From a virus, in the IMG/VR virus record IMGVR_UViG_3300031134_000007, positions 40,313-104,312 of that record: a stretch of DNA of 64,000 nucleotides; one strand, 5' to 3'. The notes under the pieces were generated by a model, which had not been told where the DNA came from, did not search any database, and saw only the letters and a program-made list of their open reading frames with translations. Position numbers and translations under genes: made by a program. Positions 29,496 to 38,601 of the stretch are shown piece by piece (within the stretch, counting starts at the first letter, position 1; every line of letters begins with the position of its first letter).

Positions 29496-30560
29496 TTATT
29501 GCACGATGGCCAGGTTCGGGTAGTTAGACCGCAGTAAATCGATCACGTTCTGACTGCCGTAGAGTTTCGCCATTAACACTTGATCACGAAAGCGCGGCTC
29601 ATACTGAAGTAACGTGGTGACATCCGGTGAGCACGCCGTAAACGGTTCAAGCTTGTTTGCGATAACGCCACCGAAATTGACTTTGTCCCAGTTAGGTTCC
29701 AGTCCATCCAACACACCTGCTAACCGACCCCGGTAGTTAGGGTAGTCGCTGGTGGTGACGCCAGTACGAAAGCGGAAGTTGCGCAACATGTCGACCACCA
29801 CGTTAGCATTGAGAGCTTTCACCTGTGGAGCACCCACACGATCCACAATCGCTTGCAACGTATAGATGTCCCCGTTAGCAATGGCGTAGCTAGCACAGTT
29901 ACCCAATGCGGTTAAGCCGTCTTGCTTGTTGGTGTATTGGGCGAGCAGGGTATCAATCCCTTCCCACAGTCCGGAAGACACCGTGTACTGCAGCATCACG
30001 TTTAAAAACGCAACCTGTGCGGTACGGTCAACCACACTGCTAAATTCACTGTCTGAATCTGAATAGCGGTTAATCAGATCCGTCAGCATACTGGTGATTT
30101 CATACGACCCATCAGTCGCAATGTTAATCCCCAGGGCATTCAGCATCCCAAGGTAGTTCTTACTCTGGTATGCGTCCAACAGGTTCATTGCTTCCTGTTG
30201 AATCTGTGTCGACATGTTTAACACTGAGTTAATAGGGAAACCTGCGGCTTCACCTAAACGCTTACCCAGTGACATGTAGTCCACTTTGAATCCGTTGCGC
30301 ACATCAATAAAGCTTGAGAGCTCACTGATGCTCAGCGACCCACCGGAGACCTTCTTGATAAAACCATTCAGGGCATTGACCTGATTATCTTTGAAGGTGT
30401 TCAGGGAGGCAATACCACTCTTTGCCGTGGAATCAACTAACGCGATGTCTTCGGATAACCCACCGGTGAACATCGAGGTGGCTTTCGAGACTGCGTTGGT
30501 CGTTAACGAGCTGGCTTGCTTTAACGCGCTGCCAATCGAGCTTCCGATGTCAACCGTCAT
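29496..30560 (-). CDS. Probable virion structural protein
   Basis: 354 aa; GGAGG RBS; synteny with the SPN3US gp237 position. Confidence 0.6.
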   Translation of the reverse strand: MTVDIGSSIGSALKQASSLTTNAVSKATSMFTGGLSEDIALVDSTAKSGIASLNTFKDNQVNALNGFIKKVSGGSLSISELSSFIDVRNGFKVDYMSLGKRLGEAAGFPINSVLNMSTQIQQEAMNLLDAYQSKNYLGMLNALGINIATDGSYEITSMLTDLINRYSDSDSEFSSVVDRTAQVAFLNVMLQYTVSSGLWEGIDTLLAQYTNKQDGLTALGNCASYAIANGDIYTLQAIVDRVGAPQVKALNANVVVDMLRNFRFRTGVTTSDYPNYRGRLAGVLDGLEPNWDKVNFGGVIANKLEPFTACSPDVTTLLQYEPRFRDQVLMAKLYGSQNVIDLLRSNYPNLAIVQ

Positions 30561-30577
30561 GGGACCTCCAACAAATC

Positions 30578-30616
30578 AAAAAAAAAAAGAATAGAGGTGA
30601 GGCCGTCGCCCCACCA
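30578..30616 (-). terminator. Intrinsic terminator
   Basis: GGTGaGGC...GCCcCACC hairpin with a long U-tract on the minus strand. Confidence 0.6.
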
Positions 30617-30627
30617 ACTATATCATT

Positions 30628-31086
30628 TTAATCTTCTTCTGCGTCGTCGATAGAAGGGTCCGACGTCGACGACCCCTCTTTCTCAGGCGACTCACCAAGC
30701 ATACGTCGTTTCTGCAAAGAGATTGTTGCTGCATTGGTAATCTCAGTGCCGTCTGGTCGAATGCCGGTAATCTGAATACGGATGGCCTTATATCCCAAAA
30801 ATTCCATCCCACGTACCAGAGCTTGGAACGACATAGAAGGCTTCTCAATGAATGACTTCACTAAGTTACCTCGTGCCGTTCCGATTTGTTGTGCGTCCAT
30901 CGATTTGATCTGTCGTAATTTACTGATGTGTTCTCCAACCAAGCGCGTCCACTTTGAGGGGGTCACTTGTTCAGCGGCCAGGAACTCACGCCAGATCCGT
31001 AAGAGATGGTGCGCAGTGGAGAAGCTTTTCTTACTGGGGTCGGTAAGCAGCTCTTCCATCTTCTCTTTCGGTTTCTTATTATCCAA
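30628..31086 (-). CDS. Hypothetical protein
   Basis: 152 aa; TTG start with GGAG RBS. Confidence 0.65.
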   Translation of the reverse strand: MDNKKPKEKMEELLTDPSKKSFSTAHHLLRIWREFLAAEQVTPSKWTRLVGEHISKLRQIKSMDAQQIGTARGNLVKSFIEKPSMSFQALVRGMEFLGYKAIRIQITGIRPDGTEITNAATISLQKRRMLGESPEKEGSSTSDPSIDDAEED

Positions 31087-31100
31087 CGGGTATACTCCAT

Positions 31101-31625
31101 CTAAACGCTACGTAAACCACATTCCAACGTGCCGGCAAACACAATTAACAGTTCAGTGTATAACGGTGTCAGTTTTCGCAGAATGTAATCACGGTCAATG
31201 TCGTCCACCTGATACACCAAGTCGCACAACAGATTAAGCTGGTTGATAAAGGCGTCGTAGAACTCGGGGATATCGAGAACGTTGCCATCTTCATCAACTA
31301 ACCAATCGTAGAGCGACATCACCCGTACGTCCTGCAGGTAACGATAGGTGATTCGGGCTTCAGGTAACGACCCAGACTCAGAGGAGAGGTGCTCATTGAT
31401 TTCCTTTACAGTGGTCAACAATTCCACGCCTCGGTGAGTCTGTACTCTCAAGCGCACGTCCAACATGCAACGCACGCTAAAGTATTCTATGGGATTGTCA
31501 CTGTTGATGACTTTGCGTAATGCGCCCAGCACGCGTAATCCATCATCGGGCTTGTAACTATCACGCCGTGCTTTCTCCAGCCCTGAGAGCAGACGATTCA
31601 ACAGCAAACGTTTTAAGAACCGCAT
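31101..31625 (-). CDS. Hypothetical protein
   Basis: 174 aa; AAGGA RBS; promoter motif upstream. Confidence 0.7.
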   Translation of the reverse strand: MRFLKRLLLNRLLSGLEKARRDSYKPDDGLRVLGALRKVINSDNPIEYFSVRCMLDVRLRVQTHRGVELLTTVKEINEHLSSESGSLPEARITYRYLQDVRVMSLYDWLVDEDGNVLDIPEFYDAFINQLNLLCDLVYQVDDIDRDYILRKLTPLYTELLIVFAGTLECGLRSV

Positions 31626-31659
31626 GGGTAGTCCTTAATTCAGTTCCACTTACACACTA

Positions 31660-31669
31660 GTAATATAGT
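31660..31669 (-). promoter_or_regulatory. Early promoter motif ACTATATTAC
   Basis: TATATTAC about 35 nt upstream of the start at 31625. Confidence 0.6.
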
Positions 31670-31691
31670 CCTGAAAATTCTTGGAGGAAGT

Positions 31692-32132
31692 ATGAGCGGT
31701 AACATTACCCTCGACAGTAACGACGTGTTAATGCTGAAAATGCAGCGCTACCGCATGGACATCATTGAAGGCGTTATGGAGGCCCCTGCGGAGAACCCTG
31801 GTGAGCGCATCGTGGATAAAGACCCTAAGATGCTGCGCGTTGCATTGGTTGCCATGGGTGATGTGGATAACTCCATTCACAAGCAAGCACGTCTTGACCT
31901 CGATAAGCAAGCGCAAGAGAACGACGGAGATTTCCAGCGTCAGATTGCCGGTGCCATTAACTTCATCATGGAGAAAGGCGGCATGGCATTGGCTGACGTA
32001 GGGTCTCCGTCTGATCAAACTTCAGCCCCTGCACCGCAGTTGGCTAACTTGCCCACAGACCATATTTCGTCTGAAGAGGCACACATCGGGGTCGAGCACA
32101 TTGACTACGATGACATCATGGCCAAGAAGTAA
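31692..32132 (+). CDS. Hypothetical protein
   Basis: 146 aa; GGAGG RBS. Confidence 0.7.
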   Translation: MSGNITLDSNDVLMLKMQRYRMDIIEGVMEAPAENPGERIVDKDPKMLRVALVAMGDVDNSIHKQARLDLDKQAQENDGDFQRQIAGAINFIMEKGGMALADVGSPSDQTSAPAPQLANLPTDHISSEEAHIGVEHIDYDDIMAKK

Positions 32133-32858
32133 TTACACTTCCAGGTCAGGCGGTGTGTCGGTCAACACGGAAAATATATTCACGTCCATGAAGACCACAC
32201 CCGCCAACCCTGCAAACATCAACGCCATTTGCTCCCACCCATACTCTTCCGCTTTTACCTTCTCAATCAGCTGAGCAGGCGCATCCGATAAATACAGGCG
32301 TGGCGCCACAATGCGCACCTCTGGGATGGTGGTCTGCTTAAACTCTTCTGTGTGATTCATCAACCACTCATCAAAGTTGTACATGAAACAAATCGCGTAA
32401 CTGTGCTTTAACATCGACACCGTTAACTCATCCGGCGCAAAGGAGACAATCTCAACAACAGCAGCATTGTTGGTGTACGTCTCAATGACCCGCTGAATGG
32501 ATTGACACACTTCATCAGACAGTGTGTACGGATAGATGTTCACGTGGATAGCAAACTGCTCAGAGAGCAACGGCATTCCCTGGGTGGTGGTTAACCGGGC
32601 AATCAGCGACATCAGGTAGAGTGGCAGTTGTGTCATGGTCGACACTTTTAACGTCTCTTCATCCCGGGCGCTGTAAAGCGCCTCATATGCCGCCTGATTG
32701 ATTTTCGACCCATTCAGGTCAAAGCGATCGACCGTACGTTTATGGTAGTACGAGTCTTCGATCATTTCCGCCGAGGCAGCGTTCAGCCGTTTCAGAGTAC
32801 CCAACCGGGTATCCATCAAACAGTCTAACGGTACCAGGCATTTGATGGCACCACTCAT
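32133..32858 (-). CDS. Conserved jumbo-phage hypothetical protein
   Basis: 241 aa; LDCLMDTRLGTL N-terminal motif; synteny near the vRNAP beta C-terminal gene. Confidence 0.65.
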   Translation of the reverse strand: MSGAIKCLVPLDCLMDTRLGTLKRLNAASAEMIEDSYYHKRTVDRFDLNGSKINQAAYEALYSARDEETLKVSTMTQLPLYLMSLIARLTTTQGMPLLSEQFAIHVNIYPYTLSDEVCQSIQRVIETYTNNAAVVEIVSFAPDELTVSMLKHSYAICFMYNFDEWLMNHTEEFKQTTIPEVRIVAPRLYLSDAPAQLIEKVKAEEYGWEQMALMFAGLAGVVFMDVNIFSVLTDTPPDLEV

Positions 32859-33433
32859 TTAGTAGGTTCCTTCTCAATTGCCGACAGGATATCAACCCGT
32901 GTCAGGTAGTAAATAAAGAACAACCAGGGGTTGGTTTCAAACTTCTTTTCCAGATCCTGGTACAGGGGAAACACTTCCCGCATTGACGCCGGAAGCAAGC
33001 TGGCATTGGATGACATCACAGTCAAGCTGTCGGCCAGGTGTTTACCCAGTGCCATCGCTGAAAGGTTTGCTGTGTCCGTTGAGCGACCAAACACCCGAGC
33101 ATAAAGCATCGACGCCCCACGGTAAACAAAATCCAACAGATCCTGATTGGATTCCAGTGGTTCCCAAATGCTTTCACGAATACCGGATTCAGACCACAAG
33201 CGGGCATAAAAGAAAGATGAGTTTAAACTGACCGCATACCTGATGATTGCATTGTAGATTTCATCATCACTGATTTTGCGTCCAGCGGTTTTATTGTGCT
33301 TGATACGTGTGCGTAACCACGTCAGAAAATAATCCTCAACGACTTCCTGGGCTGCAAGGTCCATTTCCAGCACCAGGGGGTCATTGGGTTTCTGAGCGAG
33401 CGCACTGGCAAAGGCGGCCAGTTTATTTTTCAT
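32855..33433 (-). CDS. Hypothetical protein
   Basis: 192 aa; ATGA overlap with the downstream gene. Confidence 0.65.
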   Translation of the reverse strand: MKNKLAAFASALAQKPNDPLVLEMDLAAQEVVEDYFLTWLRTRIKHNKTAGRKISDDEIYNAIIRYAVSLNSSFFYARLWSESGIRESIWEPLESNQDLLDFVYRGASMLYARVFGRSTDTANLSAMALGKHLADSLTVMSSNASLLPASMREVFPLYQDLEKKFETNPWLFFIYYLTRVDILSAIEKEPTK

Positions 33434-33443
33434 GCGCGTCCTG

Positions 33444-34112
33444 TTAAAGGTTGTTGGTCAGCATCATTGCGTGCAGGATAGCACCCACCGTCTTGGTGGA
33501 TTTTACCTTGGTCTTTTGACTGGCAATGGCACCGACGTTCACACCGCCTGTGGCGATGATCTCGTTGTTATAACTCCGGTAAGCGGCCTCATCACCCCCA
33601 CGCACCTTCAACAGCTCCTGCATGGTTTTGTTCATCCCCATGGCGTACAGGATCTGAATCTCAGGATAGGAGATAGCGGAACCTTTCGATTCGGTGGTAG
33701 GCTGACCGGTCAGGTCGTCAACGTGCTTGTTATCTTTGGGTACCGACATCTTCTTCTGTAGCTTCTGCTGCTGGATACGCAGCGGTAGACGCAGAATAGG
33801 ATACTCGATCGGTGTCAGGAAGCGCTGGCTGGTTTCGAAGTCAACCATGTTGATCTTCTCCATGAACGCACCACCTTCCTTGGTGATTAATCCGATCAGG
33901 TGTTCCAGGTCGATGTTCTTACCCGTGAAGTTCGGATGGTAGAACGGAAAGGACTCATCATCCTTTTCCATGCGGTCCATCATCGCATCAAAGGCAGCGT
34001 CATCCAAACGACCAAAGTAGTCGCGGTAGATGTCAGGGTTTTTGTTCCCCGGCATCACCTGATCCATTGCCCCGATCAGGTATTTCTCAATAGCAGCACG
34101 TGCAGCGTTCAT
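33444..34112 (-). CDS. Virion RNA polymerase beta C-terminal subunit (phiKZ gp149 / SPN3US gp218-like)
   Basis: LTGQPT..SKG..ISYPE and ELLKVRGGD match the RpoB C-terminal TQQP/GQRFGEME/E.LT.KSDD region. Confidence 0.8.
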   Translation of the reverse strand: MNAARAAIEKYLIGAMDQVMPGNKNPDIYRDYFGRLDDAAFDAMMDRMEKDDESFPFYHPNFTGKNIDLEHLIGLITKEGGAFMEKINMVDFETSQRFLTPIEYPILRLPLRIQQQKLQKKMSVPKDNKHVDDLTGQPTTESKGSAISYPEIQILYAMGMNKTMQELLKVRGGDEAAYRSYNNEIIATGGVNVGAIASQKTKVKSTKTVGAILHAMMLTNNL

Positions 34113-34115
34113 GGG

Positions 34116-35405
34116 TTAGTCCTTGCTGAATATAAACACGAAATGGCTTATATTATTTTTCACAAGGAGGTCGATCATGTTTTTGGTGCCACGCGACTCA
34201 CCGTCCCAGAAGATCAGACCCGCATCTACCATCTTACCCATAACCCCATTGCGAATCATGCCGGCAGGTTTCTGATACTTGTCCCACAATGCAGGTCGGC
34301 CGATTAACCCATGACCTTGTTCGCGTGCATAACGAATCGCCATGTTGTCAGGGCCATCCAGTGCCAGACCGGTCACGAGTTCAATGTCGTAGTCTTTATC
34401 AAACGGTGTGATAAAGTTACTGATGTACTCGTCCGTGATCTGTTTGAACAGGCTGTAGTTCTTCAGGGTGCGTGAGCCCGCAATCAAGATCTTCATGGGT
34501 TTCTTCCTGGAGCTCTCAGATTCTTCTTGCATTTTATTCCGGTACTCCACGTAGAAGTCCAGCTGCCATTGATGCCGCGCCTTCATATCCCGGACTGCAT
34601 CGTTGCCGTACACGTAATAGTGTTCAAACGGCAGTGATGAGTTCAGGAGCTCTGAGCGCAGGATCTCATTTTGTTCGAGGCGTAAGCGCATGCCTTCTTT
34701 GAAACGTTCCTGGAAATCGGGCAGGTCTACCCGTTCCATCTTGGAACCGATCTGCTTGGCTTCAAACCCGTTCATCTGTTTGAACTGTTCATGTTTGCAG
34801 CCTGTGGCCAACCAGTACCAGTATCCTTCTAAACATTCGAACCATCCGTGATCCTCGTGCAGGAAACCATGTTTCGACAGGTTGCTTAACCGACGTCCGA
34901 GACTGGTGCTGCTTTTGGTCCAGATGTTGATATGTTCGACCCCATCATTTTTGGGGTTGGGTAATTTGACACCAAGGCAGAGATGCACTTGCAAGTCACA
35001 ATCACCTAAAATGGCATAAATGAGAGGACGCACGTCCTCCCACTTAAGACCACCATTACCACAGCCGAGCGGTGGCATAGCTACGCTCGTGATACCCCGA
35101 TCCCGGTAAGTATCACGCAGCGTACGCAAGTTGGTTTCAATCCATTCCAACTTGCTGTCTTCCCAAGTTTTGTCTTTAGTTGGGAAGCAAAGAATTTTTG
35201 GCGTGTTGTGTTCATAAACCCATAACGTGTTGACCAGTAATTGTTTTTGTTTGCACTGCTCACGGTATGCGTCATAAAGACCGGGAATACACTTCTTGAG
35301 ATACAATGCAATACCGCGACCCATATGCCCTTCAGTGTTGACGGTGCAAATGACGTGGCTGACTGGTACGTCAAGAATGCCGATGTGTGATTCCGATACG
35401 ATCAT
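34116..35405 (-). CDS. Macro domain + NADAR-like + SLOG (YspA/DUF2493-like) fusion protein
   Basis: VNTEGHMGRGIA, FPTK, AMPPLGCGNGGL.W (macro); LSN...F...EGYW, L.QNE.L..ELL (NADAR-like); IAGSR, W.KY.K.AG.IRN, FWDGESRGT.NMI (SLOG). Confidence 0.75.
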   Translation of the reverse strand: MIVSESHIGILDVPVSHVICTVNTEGHMGRGIALYLKKCIPGLYDAYREQCKQKQLLVNTLWVYEHNTPKILCFPTKDKTWEDSKLEWIETNLRTLRDTYRDRGITSVAMPPLGCGNGGLKWEDVRPLIYAILGDCDLQVHLCLGVKLPNPKNDGVEHINIWTKSSTSLGRRLSNLSKHGFLHEDHGWFECLEGYWYWLATGCKHEQFKQMNGFEAKQIGSKMERVDLPDFQERFKEGMRLRLEQNEILRSELLNSSLPFEHYYVYGNDAVRDMKARHQWQLDFYVEYRNKMQEESESSRKKPMKILIAGSRTLKNYSLFKQITDEYISNFITPFDKDYDIELVTGLALDGPDNMAIRYAREQGHGLIGRPALWDKYQKPAGMIRNGVMGKMVDAGLIFWDGESRGTKNMIDLLVKNNISHFVFIFSKD

Positions 35406-35414
35406 AGTGAATCC

Positions 35415-35897
35415 TTAAATCGCGCAGGTAAACACCCGCACACGACTGCCGTTAGTGAGGCAGGCTTTGATCAGTGAAGACATCCCTTCGTCGTTGTGGT
35501 TGGTGAAGATCAGGGCATGCGTAGAACGCAGACCTAACACCCCACAGTTGTCGAAGAACGCTTTCTTTCCACGATCCCACTCTACCGGGATTTCCTGGAT
35601 ATCAATGCCTGCAGCGACCGAGTACTCTTTCACCTCTGCTGCCAGGGTTTTAATTTCCCCGTTGGTGATCAACACCACGTGCTCTTTCGTCAGGAGTTCA
35701 TCCTCATCCGTCACACCTTCATTAACCAGAAAGATGTCACTGATCAGCGAGTCCAGTGCCGACTTCAGGCGGTCCTTGTTATGAAACCCCTTATCGCCGG
35801 CAACGACTATACGTACTTCTTTATTCAACATAATAGCCTTTCCCAATACAACATTACATTCCCAACCGGCGGTATAAAGTGGGGTGAGTTTCCTCAC
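35415..35897 (-). CDS. Degenerate stand-alone SLOG/DUF2493-like protein
   Basis: RIVVAGDKGF, IPVEWDRGKKA, HALIF...G...LI parallel the neighbouring SLOG domain. Confidence 0.5.
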   Translation of the reverse strand: MRKLTPLYTAGWECNVVLGKAIMLNKEVRIVVAGDKGFHNKDRLKSALDSLISDIFLVNEGVTDEDELLTKEHVVLITNGEIKTLAAEVKEYSVAAGIDIQEIPVEWDRGKKAFFDNCGVLGLRSTHALIFTNHNDEGMSSLIKACLTNGSRVRVFTCAI

Positions 35898-35916
35898 CCC
35901 TTAGCGCGCGGACACA

Positions 35917-37305
35917 TTACATCCAGTACGGACGGTACTCATCATGGTACATGCGGAGCAAGTCCATGGTGCTCAAGAACGGCAGAGGATGGTTATCTTC
36001 CTCAAACGTCCAGAAGCCACGGGTGTTCAGCAGGACGTCCCACTTATACCCTTTCTTCTCCAGTCCAACACGCAGTTCTTCAGGTGTCATGTTGTACTTC
36101 GGATCACGGGTGTGCCATAAGTAACGCATCTGGCACATCTCCATGGTGATTTCCAGCGCACGACGCAGCTCTGGGGTTTCGTCGATCTTACCGCGCACGG
36201 TGGTACGCATCAGCTTCACATCGGGCAGTAACTCAACATAGTAATTACGGTCATTACCGCCAAGGCCGTAACGGTTACAGTTTTTGATGTGGTTGAATTC
36301 AGTCAGTGACGGCAGCAGACCTTCGGACTGTGACATCACAAATTCCCACGGCACACCAGATGGACCGTTCTTACCGCGCAGGTTCTTCGCGACCAGCGTC
36401 AGCAGATCTGGGTTGCCTGCGGTTTCAATATCACCCGGTTTTGGATACATCCACTCTTTGGTGTCACGGTTGATCAAGACCGTACCGGTGGAGATCTCCC
36501 AGGCGTTGTTCGGCAGGGACAGGATTTGGCTTGGCACTTTAGAGATCTTGTCACCTTGCTTCATGAAGGTGGTTTTCTTCTCTTGTGGCTTGCCGTCCAT
36601 GTTCAGCTCTTTACCGAGGTGAGCGGACATAATAACGTACAGACCGCCGGCGTTGGCGTAACCCTGCGTCTTTTCAATCAGCATACGTTTGGCGTTCGAC
36701 ACACGCATGGCTTCGGTCTGCATTTCACCCTGACCGATTTCCATTTTCGCGTAGTTCTTTTCCAGGTCGTTGAACTTCATCTCAGAGATGGAGTCCGCGC
36801 CATTGACAGTCGGGAACAGATACGGAATCGGGTTACCCTGGGCATCCACAAACGGCAGGGTACCCATGGACTTGCGGTCTTTCTGTTTCAGACCCGCATA
36901 CTCCTGAACGGTTTTCTTAAACCATTCGTTACCCTTAGCGATCGAGTCATCGGTCAGGTAAATACGGCCTTCGTCGATCCAGCTCTGGGCGACACCCGGA
37001 TCAAGGTGGGACATCAAGCTGAGGATACGGTCAGTACCAAAGGTACACTCGGTATCGTAGTGCAGGGCGTTACTGTTGCCGTAACGTTCTAATACACGAC
37101 CCATCTTGAACATCATAATAGCGGTTTTGAAGGTGTTGCCTTTCCCGACAATCGCAGTGTAAGGAGCCAGTCCACCATTGAGGATAGACTCACCATGCTT
37201 ACCAAAACGATAACTGCCGGTCGGGATGTCAAAGCCAGCACCGATATTCAGCAACGGCCTTATCGGTTTAGACTTCTCAATAACTTCACCAAAAGATAAG
37301 CTCAT
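35917..37305 (-). CDS. uvsX: UvsX/RecA-like recombinase
   Basis: Walker A GKGNTFKT; YDTE; DSISE; KNLRGKNGPSG; synteny with phiKZ gp152. Confidence 0.8.
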   Translation of the reverse strand: MSLSFGEVIEKSKPIRPLLNIGAGFDIPTGSYRFGKHGESILNGGLAPYTAIVGKGNTFKTAIMMFKMGRVLERYGNSNALHYDTECTFGTDRILSLMSHLDPGVAQSWIDEGRIYLTDDSIAKGNEWFKKTVQEYAGLKQKDRKSMGTLPFVDAQGNPIPYLFPTVNGADSISEMKFNDLEKNYAKMEIGQGEMQTEAMRVSNAKRMLIEKTQGYANAGGLYVIMSAHLGKELNMDGKPQEKKTTFMKQGDKISKVPSQILSLPNNAWEISTGTVLINRDTKEWMYPKPGDIETAGNPDLLTLVAKNLRGKNGPSGVPWEFVMSQSEGLLPSLTEFNHIKNCNRYGLGGNDRNYYVELLPDVKLMRTTVRGKIDETPELRRALEITMEMCQMRYLWHTRDPKYNMTPEELRVGLEKKGYKWDVLLNTRGFWTFEEDNHPLPFLSTMDLLRMYHDEYRPYWM

Positions 37306-37386
37306 GGTTGTTCCTTAGATAAAAAGAAAATGACTTCATAAGAAGTGATAATATGTTGAAGAAAACAAACGTCCCTCGGAGCAAAT

Positions 37387-38169
37387 ATGTATACCATTAG
37401 CGATTTTGAAAATGCTGTAAAGGACCTCAACGAGGGCATCGGTAACGAAGGCTTTGATGTCAAGTCTTCTATCGGTAATCTCTTTGCAGGTATCAAGAAT
37501 TATTTCCAGGGTAAACTCCTGGGCTTGGATAAACCTCTGGTGCTGGCAAACGTTAACGCTGCCAAGAAAGTCATGGGGTCCCTGAACTACACTGAGGTCA
37601 TGGATACCCTGATCTTCCAACCGCAACGTTTAAACGTCTCATATAAAGAGCTGTTGCCAACGTTGACCCTGGGGTGTGATTACCTGAGTAAAGTTGAGCA
37701 GGGCCTGCCTGCGGTGTTGACGTGTTTGGCGAACCTTAGCAACGGTAATAAAGTGTCGGTCTATGTGACCAGCGATATCACCAGTGCTAAGAACAAAACC
37801 GAACTGGCTTTGCAGAAAGCGTTTAACGGTCGCGATGTAACAGAAGCAGTGTTCTCAACGCGCTTTGAATCTATGACACAATATCAGGCCACTTATGTGG
37901 AATTTAACACACTGGTGCAGAACCTGTTGCGTCGTAATGCCAAAGACACCCGTGTCAACGTTGACCGTATTGCGGGTCTGGCAGAATTGATTCATAATGA
38001 GGTTGCTGCTGGTAACCTGGAGATGAATGCGGTCCAGGTGAAACAGTTGGGCGAACTGATGCTGAGTCTGGCTCGTGCAGTGGACGTCTACAGTGTGACC
38101 TTGACGCTGCTGATTGCTACCGGCACGGCGCTGAACAACACCGCGGACAAACTGTTAAGCAAAAAATAA
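37387..38169 (+). CDS. Virion head protein, probably protease-processed
   Basis: 260 aa; acidic N-terminus ending in GNE-G; divergent from uvsX. Confidence 0.6.
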   Translation: MYTISDFENAVKDLNEGIGNEGFDVKSSIGNLFAGIKNYFQGKLLGLDKPLVLANVNAAKKVMGSLNYTEVMDTLIFQPQRLNVSYKELLPTLTLGCDYLSKVEQGLPAVLTCLANLSNGNKVSVYVTSDITSAKNKTELALQKAFNGRDVTEAVFSTRFESMTQYQATYVEFNTLVQNLLRRNAKDTRVNVDRIAGLAELIHNEVAAGNLEMNAVQVKQLGELMLSLARAVDVYSVTLTLLIATGTALNNTADKLLSKK

Positions 38170-38175
38170 AAGACA

Positions 38176-38223
38176 GCATAAAGTAGAGGGTTTCCTCCCA
38201 TTGGGAGGAAACGCCTCTTATGC
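38176..38223. terminator. Bidirectional terminator, GCATAA family
   Basis: AGAGGGTTTCCTCCC-att-GGGAGGAAACGCCTCT between convergent genes. Confidence 0.8.
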
Positions 38224-38226
38224 CGA

Positions 38227-38589
38227 TCACAGATACTTCAGGTTTTTGAGATCACGAAACACTTCAACCGTCGAGCCATAGCGAATCCAGTCAGGCATGT
38301 GTGCAATGATGTCAAGGGGTGAGGATACATCCACCCCCTCATACACACGACCCAGTCTGCGATCCAGTACCGACAGATACTTGAGATAGCGGTCCACGTC
38401 TTTTGCGTTGCGCGTAATCGCGTACTTACGATTCAGCTCATCCGCATTATCCGTGGGGTGTCGCAGTCGACAAATATACGTCAGGAACAGGCACCGTTTG
38501 ATAGGTGCCTCTAAGTCTCGGTCACGGTCGAATAACGCGCCGATGTCTACGTCGTTGCGTATTGGTAATGTCGTTGCCGCATCAAACAC
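38227..38589 (-). CDS. Hypothetical protein
   Basis: 120 aa; GTG start with AAGGAG RBS. Confidence 0.65.
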   Translation of the reverse strand: MFDAATTLPIRNDVDIGALFDRDRDLEAPIKRCLFLTYICRLRHPTDNADELNRKYAITRNAKDVDRYLKYLSVLDRRLGRVYEGVDVSSPLDIIAHMPDWIRYGSTVEVFRDLKNLKYL

Positions 38590-38601
38590 AACACATTCTC
38601 C

